From IMG/VR virus record IMGVR_UViG_3300024269_004845: DNA of 64,000 nucleotides, one strand, 5' to 3'. This document shows positions 41,652 through 51,309 of this stretch, in pieces (within the stretch, counting starts at the first letter, position 1; every line of letters begins with the position of its first letter). The notes under the pieces were generated by a model that saw only the letters and a list, made by a program, of their open reading frames with translations, was not told the origin of the DNA and did no database searches. Source of the stretch: a virus. Lineage: Duplodnaviria > Caudoviricetes. The translations under genes and the position numbers were made by a program.

Positions 41652-43001
41652 ATGTACGAAGAAGAAGAATTTTCTCCGTGTGATGTAGTATTATGCTATG
41701 ATAGAGAAACTTTACAACCAGTTGTAATTCCTGAAGATGATAGATTTTTGAATATGCTTATAATGGGACCTACAGGTACTGGTAAATCATCTCAGGTTTT
41801 TACTCCATTAATATATCAGGATTTAATAAATGGGTCTTGTGGGATTACCGTAATAGACCCAAAAGAAGACTTGGCGGAAGCGATTTACGAAGTTGCAAAA
41901 CAGTTCGACCGCCATGTTTTATATGTTGACCCAGCAGACGAAAATTGTCCTAGATTAAATCCTTTCGAGGGGACAGAAGAAATTGTTACAAAAAACATGC
42001 TGAAAATATTCTCTCCTTCTTTTAGAATTACGTCTAATGAAGAGAAAAGAGATATGGACGTTTGTCGTAATTTAATCACTAAATCCATTAAGTTATTAAA
42101 AGAGTATCCCGATATTTGTGGTAACAATTTAAATATTGTTACATATGCAAATTTTATTTGTAATAAATATAATGAAAGTCGTTTAAAAATTAGTAAAACC
42201 CTCGAACAATTGAGAGTTAATAGATTGAGTTTGGAACTTACGGAAATTTGCGAATGGTTCCTATATGATTATTTTGAACCAACAAAAGATGTTTACGATA
42301 GGTGTGCAACTGTAAGAATTAAGGTCGACGAACTGGCATCGAATAAATATCTCAAAAGAGTCATGACGCCAAGTAATAACAGCACTGTTGAGAAAATTGA
42401 TTTTAATAAGCATTTACTTAACAGAGATATTGTTATTATGAATACTAAAAATACCATTCTTGGACCGCTGGGTAAAACTTTTGGTGAATTTATTATGCTT
42501 GAATTCTTGAATGCGACTTTTAGAAGAAAACATTATGCGAAGGAGATGGGGTATGAAGGACCCGTTCCTCCTCATTTCTTATATATAGATGAATTTGCTA
42601 CTTATTCTCCCGTTTTAACGGAAATGTTTACTCAGGGACGTTCGTTTAGGGTCGGAACTCATATTGCTGTTCAGAATAGGGCATTATTACAGATGTGTGG
42701 TGACGAATTAACTGAAGCCCAATCTTTGCTCATCGAATCTAATGCTCGTAACCTGGTTCTGTTCCCAGGTTTGAATGGTGAAGATGCTAGATATTATTCT
42801 GCTCAATTTTACAATTTAAAACCTGAGGAAATTTGTTATCGTCCATTTGGGCAGATATGTTATCGTGTAGTTGCAAATAAGAGTATTTCTCGTCCAGGGG
42901 TTGGATTAGTATTCTTTATAGACCAAAAACCGAACACGGACTCTATTAAACTTGAAGAGATGTATAAATCTAACAGACGAAATTATAAAAAAATAACGTA
43001 A
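41652..43001 (+). CDS. VirD4/TraD-like coupling ATPase without transmembrane anchor
   Basis: DRFLNMLIMGPTGTGKS, VIDPKED, LNPFEG, LYIDEF and QGRSF motifs. Confidence 0.8.
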   Translation: MYEEEEFSPCDVVLCYDRETLQPVVIPEDDRFLNMLIMGPTGTGKSSQVFTPLIYQDLINGSCGITVIDPKEDLAEAIYEVAKQFDRHVLYVDPADENCPRLNPFEGTEEIVTKNMLKIFSPSFRITSNEEKRDMDVCRNLITKSIKLLKEYPDICGNNLNIVTYANFICNKYNESRLKISKTLEQLRVNRLSLELTEICEWFLYDYFEPTKDVYDRCATVRIKVDELASNKYLKRVMTPSNNSTVEKIDFNKHLLNRDIVIMNTKNTILGPLGKTFGEFIMLEFLNATFRRKHYAKEMGYEGPVPPHFLYIDEFATYSPVLTEMFTQGRSFRVGTHIAVQNRALLQMCGDELTEAQSLLIESNARNLVLFPGLNGEDARYYSAQFYNLKPEEICYRPFGQICYRVVANKSISRPGVGLVFFIDQKPNTDSIKLEEMYKSNRRNYKKIT

Positions 43002-43235
43002 AACTAATATATTACAAAAAGACCTACTTTGTCAAGCAGGTCTTTTTTAATTTTTATTTTTGGCAAAATATAAAATGTAAATGGTGCAAAAAATAATTAT
43101 TTTGTTATTTGTCTTTTTTATAGAATACTTTAAGCATAATTATTTCATTAATAATTGAATAAAATAATATGATATAAAAAGATTTGTATATTCGCTGAAA
43201 GGAGGTACGCGACACACTTCCGTGTCTATTGGAGT

Positions 43236-44996
43236 ATGAAATATAAAGTATTGTTAGCTATAGATAATCAGATGGCCGAAACTGCATTTAAGGATAGACT
43301 CTCTAAATTGAATCCTGAGTATGAAATTGTTGCATGTGTGGTTCATAAAGATTCTGTATTAGATTATTTAGAGGGTAATAGCGTTGATGTTGTTGTCTTA
43401 ATCGAAGGTTTAAAGGGTGAGACTGACGATTTTAAATTTGCCATTGATTTAAAAATGAAATACCCTGAATTAAGAATTGTGTTTATTGCTGGTGCAAGAG
43501 CGCCTGGCGACAAACAATTAGCAAAGCTTGTTTCTTATCAGATTTTTGATATTTTAGCGGGTAACAGAGTTTCTATTAATGATATGGTAAATAGAACGAT
43601 TAAGCCTGCAACATGGAAAGAGGCCTCCATTTATTTACCAAATGGTGGAAATGATATATTCTCAGAAAAAGAATTACAAGAAATTAATTCTTCTGGGGTT
43701 GCGGATGTTGAAAATGTTGATTCAACTGTCACTGAGATTTTGTCTGATGAAAATGAACATAATCAAATAGGTGGCATGTCTTTAAAAGATAGATTTAATA
43801 ATAAGAGAAATTCTAGTAAATTATCTGATGATGGGCTAATGTCTTCTCCCGTAACAAACCAAAATCCAAAGTTGAATGACGATGGGCTAGTTCAGGAAAA
43901 GAAGTCTAAATTAAGCAATCCTATTGCTCAACGGGTTGCTCCAGCCGCTCCTGCGGCAGCTGCTGCAGCTGGGGTTGCCGCTGTTTCTTCTGCTGAGGTT
44001 GCTGAATTAAAGAAAAGGCTCGAAGTTGCTGAGAAAAAAGCTCAAAAAGCAGAAGCTGAAAGGTTAAAGGCTCTTAATCAAAACAAACAAATGGCTGATG
44101 AATATGATAAGTTAGAACAAGAATTAAGAGACCTTGATAAAAGTAGAAATGTAACTTCTAAACAAAAAGTTATTACATTTTACGGAACAGTTCCTGGTGT
44201 TGGATGTACTACTTGTGCTTTGAATACTGCGGTATATCTTGCTATGAAGGGACAAAAAGTGGTCTATATCGAATTTAATGATGTATTACCTACTCTTAGC
44301 TATTGGTTCGATTTAGATTCTATAACAAACGGATTAGAAAAGGCATTCTTTGGAATTGAAACTAGAAACTATCAAGATATTGATAAATGTATAGTTACAA
44401 AAGAAGATATTCTAGCATTGAAATCAGATATGAATGACAAACATGCTAAGTATCCAGAAAACTTGCATTACATGTTTTTTTCTGCTGGGTATATTAAATC
44501 TGGTGAGATTATTCAAACAAACCCAAATACTTTAAAAGATTTACTATTGTTCTTGCTATACAAAGAGGGATATGATTACATAATTCTCGATGTATATTCA
44601 CATTCTGATTTCCATATTTTGGAGACGGCTTCGATTTTCTCGTCCGTGAACGTATTTGTAATGACTCAGGATGTTGTAACTATTGGTGCTTCTTTAAAAA
44701 TGTTTGCTGCTCTGAAGAGTAATGGTGTAGAGTTCGAATTTTTGAAAGACGCAACAGTAAAAGGTTTGTCTAGTGTTAATTATAAAAATATTTATCTAAT
44801 AAATAAATATAATAATAATATTCTTCTGAATAAACCTAAAATAAAGAATTGGCTAGAGGCTGAAAAGGTTGCCACTATCCCAGAAAACTCTGCGGATATA
44901 ATAAATGGTTCTTTTAAAGCTTTGCCCGCAATTCTTGTTTCTAAAAATAGAGACTACATGATGTCAATTCAGAAATTAACAGAAATGTTTAAGTAA
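43236..44996 (+). CDS. CpaE/TadZ-like pilus protein (receiver-like domain, coiled coil, ParA/MinD-like domain)
   Basis: N-terminal receiver-like fold (YPELRIVFIAG); deviant P-loop GTVPGVGCTT; YDYIILD. Confidence 0.75.
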   Translation: MKYKVLLAIDNQMAETAFKDRLSKLNPEYEIVACVVHKDSVLDYLEGNSVDVVVLIEGLKGETDDFKFAIDLKMKYPELRIVFIAGARAPGDKQLAKLVSYQIFDILAGNRVSINDMVNRTIKPATWKEASIYLPNGGNDIFSEKELQEINSSGVADVENVDSTVTEILSDENEHNQIGGMSLKDRFNNKRNSSKLSDDGLMSSPVTNQNPKLNDDGLVQEKKSKLSNPIAQRVAPAAPAAAAAAGVAAVSSAEVAELKKRLEVAEKKAQKAEAERLKALNQNKQMADEYDKLEQELRDLDKSRNVTSKQKVITFYGTVPGVGCTTCALNTAVYLAMKGQKVVYIEFNDVLPTLSYWFDLDSITNGLEKAFFGIETRNYQDIDKCIVTKEDILALKSDMNDKHAKYPENLHYMFFSAGYIKSGEIIQTNPNTLKDLLLFLLYKEGYDYIILDVYSHSDFHILETASIFSSVNVFVMTQDVVTIGASLKMFAALKSNGVEFEFLKDATVKGLSSVNYKNIYLINKYNNNILLNKPKIKNWLEAEKVATIPENSADIINGSFKALPAILVSKNRDYMMSIQKLTEMFK

Positions 44997-45011
44997 GGAG
45001 GCAATTAATAT

Positions 45012-45911
45012 ATGAAAAGTAAAAAGAAATTAATTGTTTTGTTGCTTCAAATTGTATTAATTATAGCGTTTGTATTTACTTACAAGCAATATGTTGAATT
45101 CAGTTTGCAGCCAACCGAGGTTTACATGTATGCAAGAAATCTTGATGTAGGTGTAAAAATTACAGAGAGAGATTTGACTGCTACACCTCTGTCTCAAATG
45201 ACTCTACAAAACAATATGATTATGGTTGGAAATAAAAACGAAGTTGTTGGTAAATATACTATTACTAAAGCTATTAAAAACACTATCGTTTACAGAGAAC
45301 AATTGGGCGATATTACAAGTGTCGATAAATTTGCTTCTCTGGACCTTTCTAATAGCCGTGTTATTGCGTTGCCAATGAGTTATTCAACGGGTGTCGCAGG
45401 TGATTTAGAACGTGGTGATAGAATTGATTTGATGTTTACTGCTAGCGCTTCTGCCGAAAACGGTGATGAAAGTGCAAGTTTCTCTTATAGTAAAATTTTT
45501 ATGCAGAATGTACCTATTTACCAAATAAATACTGGTAGTGGTTTTAAATTTACTGCGCATGCTCATGAAGATGCATATGTTACTACTGAGGATGGTTCAA
45601 CTGTTGCACAGTCTTATGAAGCTCCTGCTTCTATCAGTTTAATCGTAACACCTGAACAAGCAGAAGAAATTCATACCAGATTATTAGTTGGTGAAATTAT
45701 ATTTGTTAAAAGATTTGAGGAATCCGAAACCCATGAAACTCTAGGCTTTGTAATTGGTGAATATGGTAAGATATTTGCTGGTAATGCAAACGCAGAAACT
45801 GGTAATATTCAAGTTTCTGATGCGTTCTTGAATTCTGGAGCATTAACTGAAAGTGATGATGGAATAACAGATTCCAATTCCATGGGGACAGGAAATATGG
45901 AGATAGAATAA
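45012..45911 (+). CDS. cpaB: Flp pilus assembly protein CpaB/RcpC (SAF domain)
   Basis: N-terminal TM; ARNLDVGVKITERDL SAF motif; GDLERGDRIDL; SLIVTPEQAEEI. Confidence 0.85.
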   Translation: MKSKKKLIVLLLQIVLIIAFVFTYKQYVEFSLQPTEVYMYARNLDVGVKITERDLTATPLSQMTLQNNMIMVGNKNEVVGKYTITKAIKNTIVYREQLGDITSVDKFASLDLSNSRVIALPMSYSTGVAGDLERGDRIDLMFTASASAENGDESASFSYSKIFMQNVPIYQINTGSGFKFTAHAHEDAYVTTEDGSTVAQSYEAPASISLIVTPEQAEEIHTRLLVGEIIFVKRFEESETHETLGFVIGEYGKIFAGNANAETGNIQVSDAFLNSGALTESDDGITDSNSMGTGNMEIE

Positions 45912-45957
45912 TCTCCATATTTCCTCTCTCTAAAAATACTAGAAGGAGGATATCGTT

Positions 45958-48021
45958 TTGAGTAGATTAAGTGATTTTTTTGTTAAAAACGCCATGTCGC
46001 TATGTGAAAAATATGATGCTAACGTAAACATTATATCTTTCGAAAATGAAAGAGACGCATATCTTGCCATGGTAGAGGCTGGTATTGACCAGGACGAAAT
46101 TATATCGTTCTTTGAATCGGCCATAAATCTTACTTTCGTTGATGTTCGTGAAAAGACGTTTTGTGTGAGCGCAGTTAAGGAAGGAAAACTTGACGAATTA
46201 GTAAATTACGTTAAAGTATATCCTTTTGAAGATGGTAACATGCTAAAGGTTGCTATCGCAAATCCAGAGCAGATGGAATATACTGAAAATATTATGTCTG
46301 CGACAAACTATTCTTATGTATTTTCTTTCCAATTTTTAATTGATGAAAAATTAGAAGAAATTGACTTGGATGAAGATATTGAAAGAGGTCTGGACCATGC
46401 TGAAAAATCTCTATCTAAAGTTGATACTAATAGAAAAAGAATCATTCTTGCAAGTGGCCAAGACGAAATTGACGAGATTATTGAACAATCCGATATGTTT
46501 AGTGATTCATATATTACAATTGCTAAAGTTCAAAACAGAGGATTGTTATATGAGTATTGTGAAAATGATACTCCCGATATTTTGCTCGTTGGTGATAATA
46601 TCGGCGGAAATAGTTCTTTGACGGAATTGTTGTTGAGATTACATACATCCTTCCCAGAAATGAGAATTATTTATCTTTCTGGCGAAGTAGACCCTAAGGA
46701 TACTGTTAAAAAGATGATGCTCGGTTCTTTGGCATCTGCTGGTATATATGACTTGATTACTAAGAATGATATCAGCATTGTGTTACTAAAGAATATTTTA
46801 GATGTTCCTTATGAGGAAAAGGACATTAAAGAATGGCTTGAGTACATGAAAGATAGTGCTGTTAAGAAGAAAAATAATATTACTATTTTTGTTCCTGACG
46901 TAGTAGAAACGGATGATTCCGTCACTATTTATCCTAACTTATTTACATTTACTTCAGCCAAAGGCGGTGTCGGCAAATCGTTTATTGTTGAGCAGATTGC
47001 AGTAGCTGTCGCTACTTGTGGTGTTCAAAGACTTAATGGCTCTAAGCCTAGAGTTGGAATTATAGATATGGATTTTCAGGGATTTGGTGCAAGTAAATTC
47101 TTTAATACGCTTCATGAAAAGGAAAATATTTTCCAAGCTATTGAAGCTGCTAGAAGAGTTATTGATGACCTTGGTGAGAATACTAACCCAGGAATTGAAG
47201 TTGAAAGAGAAGTTAATGAACTAATTCATAAAGCTTTTAAACCTGCGTCCAAATATCCTAATATTCGTGTATTAGGTGGTACAGACAGACTTTATCACAG
47301 TGGTGATAAAGATATTCTTAACAAATATATCCTTACTTATATTGTGGAAACTGTTATTGATGATTTCGATGTTTTAATTATTGATGGTAATACAGACATG
47401 GATGCAAAAACTATTTATCCTTTGTATAGTTTGTCTAACTACACATACTACATCTTAGATATGGACTGGAATACATTCCACAATAATAAGAGGTTTAGAA
47501 TGTATCTTGAAGAAGAAGAGTTGTTTATTCCTACTCAGAGTAAATTCATTCTTAATAAAGCAATTGCTGATGACGATTTATTTGTTGGTATCAAAGATAT
47601 AGAAGCTGGTTTAGATGTTGGGTTTACGAATATCATCCCATTCATTAAGCCTTCCACACTATTTAATTTAGCGTCAAAGTCTGAAGATGTTATTCAGGCA
47701 CAGGATGATTCATTAACTGAAGCTAAATATTATTTTTTAAAGCTTGCTAACGATTTATATCCAATTATTAACTTTAATATTATTTCCGCTCAGTTTGAGC
47801 AAAAGGCTACTTTTAAGATTTCTAAGAAAGCTATTAAAGAAGCCGAAAAGCAAAAGAAAAAGAGAGATGGTATCAAAGAAGAAAATGATGCTGGAGATGG
47901 CAAGAAAAAGAAAAAAGAGAAAGTCTCTATTAGTGATAGCTTTAAGAAAGTTTTGGACGGATTTAAATTCAAAAAAGAATCCGATATTATTGATGAGGAT
48001 GTTGCAAACATTGATGACTAA
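45958..48021 (+). CDS. CpaE-like ParA/MinD ATPase with receiver-like domain and an N-terminal T2SSE_N-like domain
   Basis: SAKGGVGKS Walker A, IIDMD, FDVLIID; N-terminal VYPFEDGNMLKVAIANP resembles the PilB/GspE N-domain. Confidence 0.75.
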   Translation: MSRLSDFFVKNAMSLCEKYDANVNIISFENERDAYLAMVEAGIDQDEIISFFESAINLTFVDVREKTFCVSAVKEGKLDELVNYVKVYPFEDGNMLKVAIANPEQMEYTENIMSATNYSYVFSFQFLIDEKLEEIDLDEDIERGLDHAEKSLSKVDTNRKRIILASGQDEIDEIIEQSDMFSDSYITIAKVQNRGLLYEYCENDTPDILLVGDNIGGNSSLTELLLRLHTSFPEMRIIYLSGEVDPKDTVKKMMLGSLASAGIYDLITKNDISIVLLKNILDVPYEEKDIKEWLEYMKDSAVKKKNNITIFVPDVVETDDSVTIYPNLFTFTSAKGGVGKSFIVEQIAVAVATCGVQRLNGSKPRVGIIDMDFQGFGASKFFNTLHEKENIFQAIEAARRVIDDLGENTNPGIEVEREVNELIHKAFKPASKYPNIRVLGGTDRLYHSGDKDILNKYILTYIVETVIDDFDVLIIDGNTDMDAKTIYPLYSLSNYTYYILDMDWNTFHNNKRFRMYLEEEELFIPTQSKFILNKAIADDDLFVGIKDIEAGLDVGFTNIIPFIKPSTLFNLASKSEDVIQAQDDSLTEAKYYFLKLANDLYPIINFNIISAQFEQKATFKISKKAIKEAEKQKKKRDGIKEENDAGDGKKKKKEKVSISDSFKKVLDGFKFKKESDIIDEDVANIDD

Positions 48022-48117
48022 AATAAAACAAATAAAAATAATATGCGCCACTAGTTGGCGCATATTATATTATAAGTGTTTTTTTAATGTTGTTTTTGAA
48101 AAGGAGTTGATTTATAG

Positions 48118-49746
48118 ATGGCTGGGAAACACGATTTAGTTTCTTACAAGAAAAATATAAATACTACTCTTGGTAAGAGAAACGATGGTAAGCTATTAGA
48201 TTATGATGAAGCTGAGAAAGTTGTCGTTCAGTATATTACCAATAAGAGGCTTGAAGAAATTAATAACGAAAAATCTAAAAAAGCAGTCAAGACAAAAGAA
48301 GATTTAAGATATGAAATGATGAAAGTCAGAAAATATGTTACTGACTGTATTCTTGAGAATAATATCAGTATTCGTAATCACCAAGGGGAAAAAGTTGAAA
48401 AATTCATTGAAGATATGGTTCAGGAATATGCTGGATACTCTGTGCTAGATGATGCGTTTGCTGACGATGAAATATCCGATATTTATTGTATCGCTTGGGA
48501 TACAATTTTCGTAGAAAAAGCGGGTAAAAACGTTCGTTACTGGAAAACTTTTAGGAGTAAAGAACATTATAAAAATGTTGTTGAAAGATTTATACGTACT
48601 AGTGGTAAAGAAATTAACAACGGCGAAAATAAAATCGTTGACTTTGAATTGTATCAGGACCGTGGATGCGCTACTTGTCCCGTAGTTTCTCCTAGAGACT
48701 ATACCATGACAATGCGTAAGCACGCTGAAGACCATATTATTTTGGACCAGCTGCTCGAATGGCAAACAATGAGTGAAGAAATGTCGGAGTTCTTTGGTAA
48801 CTTATTAATTGACGGAGAAGCTAACTGGATTTATGCTGGGTTGACTGGTTCTGGTAAAACTACTACAATGCGTGCTTTGCTTGACGAATATGTTACTCGT
48901 AATAAGAGGCGTATGCTTATTTGTGAAGATACTCAGGAATTATTCCCTAAAAACGAACATACTCTTGAATTAGTGTCTGTTAAAGGTGATAAAAAAGAAA
49001 CTTCAGTTTCTCTATCTGCCCTAATCGTTACTGCTCTACGTCTAAAGCCGAAATATATTATCGTTGGTGAGGTTCGTGCTGAAGAAGCGATGGCTGCCGT
49101 TGAAGGTATGGAAACGGGACACAGTACCGCATTCTCCATGCACGGTGGTATTCCTATGAATATTGTTAACCGTTTGGTTACTAAATATTTACAGGCTATG
49201 CCTTCCTTAGGTATCGAAGTTGTTGAACGTATTGTTGGTTGTTCTATTGACTATATCGCAATCCAGGACAATATCCCTGGCATTGGTCGTAAATGTTCAA
49301 TGATTCATGAAGTAGAATATGACTTTGATAAGAGAACGGTTCATTTGACACCTATTTTCGAATTTGATTTTGAATATAGAGATTTTGTTCTAAAGAATCG
49401 AATTAGCCCTGAAAAGGCTAATAAAATGATGCGTCGTGGTGTTGACCAAGAATATATTAAAAAGTGGGTTAATACTGGTGACCCAGAAATTGAAAAAGAA
49501 GCTGTAAAGGCTTTTAATGATAAATATTTTGCTGAAAAGCCTGCTCGTGTCGAAATGTATAAGAAAAGAAAAGAAGAGCGTGAGGCTAAAAAACATGAAA
49601 AGGCAGCTAATATTACTCCTGATAAGGCTGAAAATAAGAAGATGATTCAAAAAGTTCTTTTGAATGAAAGCCAGAAAGAGCAGGATAAAGAAAAAATGCT
49701 TGAACAAGCAAATAAGCTAGCTGGTAATCAACCAGAAGAAAAATAA
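48118..49746 (+). CDS. cpaF: CpaF/TadA (VirB11-family) pilus assembly ATPase
   Basis: GLTGSGKTT, EDTQEL, ALRLKPKYIIVGEVR and ETGH motifs. Confidence 0.9.
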   Translation: MAGKHDLVSYKKNINTTLGKRNDGKLLDYDEAEKVVVQYITNKRLEEINNEKSKKAVKTKEDLRYEMMKVRKYVTDCILENNISIRNHQGEKVEKFIEDMVQEYAGYSVLDDAFADDEISDIYCIAWDTIFVEKAGKNVRYWKTFRSKEHYKNVVERFIRTSGKEINNGENKIVDFELYQDRGCATCPVVSPRDYTMTMRKHAEDHIILDQLLEWQTMSEEMSEFFGNLLIDGEANWIYAGLTGSGKTTTMRALLDEYVTRNKRRMLICEDTQELFPKNEHTLELVSVKGDKKETSVSLSALIVTALRLKPKYIIVGEVRAEEAMAAVEGMETGHSTAFSMHGGIPMNIVNRLVTKYLQAMPSLGIEVVERIVGCSIDYIAIQDNIPGIGRKCSMIHEVEYDFDKRTVHLTPIFEFDFEYRDFVLKNRISPEKANKMMRRGVDQEYIKKWVNTGDPEIEKEAVKAFNDKYFAEKPARVEMYKKRKEEREAKKHEKAANITPDKAENKKMIQKVLLNESQKEQDKEKMLEQANKLAGNQPEEK

Positions 49747-49762
49747 TTAAGGAGGAGATTTT

Positions 49763-50176
49763 ATGCAACCAATTTTGACATATGGAGTAAATATTATAGC
49801 TATTATATTGATTGTCATTAGCATGTATTTTAATGCTAAAAGATATAATAATATCTTTTCTCTTCCTACAAGTGTTATTAATAAAAAAGTAAAGGCCGAC
49901 AATCTTAAAAAATTATCTAATAATAGATATGTTTTTTATGTGTTAGGTGCACTATGTTTATTAAATTTATTTCTACCAGATGGCTTGTTGAAATTCGTTG
50001 TTCCTGGTATTTCAATAATTATTGTAACAAATATCTTACTCTCATTATTTGAAGAAATTGACCAATTTAATGTGACTGCAAATGAAGTTAATGCAATTCA
50101 GGATTTCAGAGAAAAGAGAAGAGAAGATGTTATGAATAGGTCTAAAGCTAGAGAAGAACAAAATCAAAAGAAATAA
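49763..50176 (+). CDS. Membrane protein at the end of the Tad cluster
   Basis: AAGGAGG RBS; 3 TM; terminator near 50185-50222. Confidence 0.75.
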   Translation: MQPILTYGVNIIAIILIVISMYFNAKRYNNIFSLPTSVINKKVKADNLKKLSNNRYVFYVLGALCLLNLFLPDGLLKFVVPGISIIIVTNILLSLFEEIDQFNVTANEVNAIQDFREKRREDVMNRSKAREEQNQKK

Positions 50177-50276
50177 AAAAATATAAAACAAGACGGAAAA
50201 TAACTTTTCCGTCTTGTTTTTTTCTTTGAAATGTGTTATAATACCTATGAAATAATAAGCTTAAAGAGGTGATAAT

Positions 50277-51242
50277 TTGTACGAGTATAGTTTGGAAGAG
50301 TTGATAGAAAATATTTTATCTAAGGCTTATTCGTTAACTGGAGAAATGTTGCGGGAATATCTTGTTAAGAGATATATGTTATTAAATAAAATAAGCAATG
50401 TTCGAGAAATTAAGATTGATGATTTTTCAAAGTTTATATGCGATATTTTATACATAGATGCTATCAATGGGAAAATAAAATATTACGATTGTTGGGTATC
50501 TGTTAATTCGTATGTAGACGATTCAATATCTAATATTGTAGAGAATTGGAATATTTTTACTCGAGTTCATCATGTATTTGCTTCGACACCTAATGAAAAA
50601 TCAACGGTGTCACAAATTGAAGCTTTTTGTAAAGATGTTATTGCTAGGGGTAAGAGAAGAGCTTCTAAAATAAAAGGAATATATAAAAAGTATTATTATG
50701 ATAATTACGTGCTTACGGAATTGAATTCATCATATAGTATATCTCCTAGTTTTCCTGAAATATATAATTTAGGGCCAATAAAAGACAAAGCCATGTCTCA
50801 GCGAACATACGAAGATGTATGTGTGGCATACGTATCTGCAATGTTTTTTGATTCTAGTGACAACTCTTTATTAGTCGAAAAAGATATTGAGAATTATATA
50901 TATAGAAACCATAAAGAGTATTTCCCGAATATGAAATTTGGTGGGAAGCAAAGAGAAATCGGTTCTGGGTATATAGCAGATATTATATTGTCTTCGGAAG
51001 ATGCTGACTATATATTGGAGATAAAGAACAAAAAAGATGATAGACTTTATTGGCAAGTAACAAATTATTATAATATATATAAACAAAAAACAAATAAAAA
51101 AATAAAGATAATAACAATTGCTCCTGAATATTCGAGCGAAATGTTAGAATCTTTGAAAAAGTTGCCATATGTGGAGGTTAAAAGATTTAAGTTGAAAATC
51201 GAAAGTGGCAAAATATCGGAGTTGGTTATGGAGGATTTGTGA
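50277..51242 (+). CDS. Protein with a C-terminal NucS/EndoMS-like PD-(D/E)xK nuclease domain
   Basis: EKDIENYI...QREIGSGYIADII...ILEIK...WQVTNY...ITIAP pattern. Confidence 0.65.
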   Translation: MYEYSLEELIENILSKAYSLTGEMLREYLVKRYMLLNKISNVREIKIDDFSKFICDILYIDAINGKIKYYDCWVSVNSYVDDSISNIVENWNIFTRVHHVFASTPNEKSTVSQIEAFCKDVIARGKRRASKIKGIYKKYYYDNYVLTELNSSYSISPSFPEIYNLGPIKDKAMSQRTYEDVCVAYVSAMFFDSSDNSLLVEKDIENYIYRNHKEYFPNMKFGGKQREIGSGYIADIILSSEDADYILEIKNKKDDRLYWQVTNYYNIYKQKTNKKIKIITIAPEYSSEMLESLKKLPYVEVKRFKLKIESGKISELVMEDL

Positions 51243-51309
51243 TATAATCCTCCATAAATTTTGTTGATGAATAAAAGATATTTGTATAAAATATAATAAA
51301 CAAGATTAT

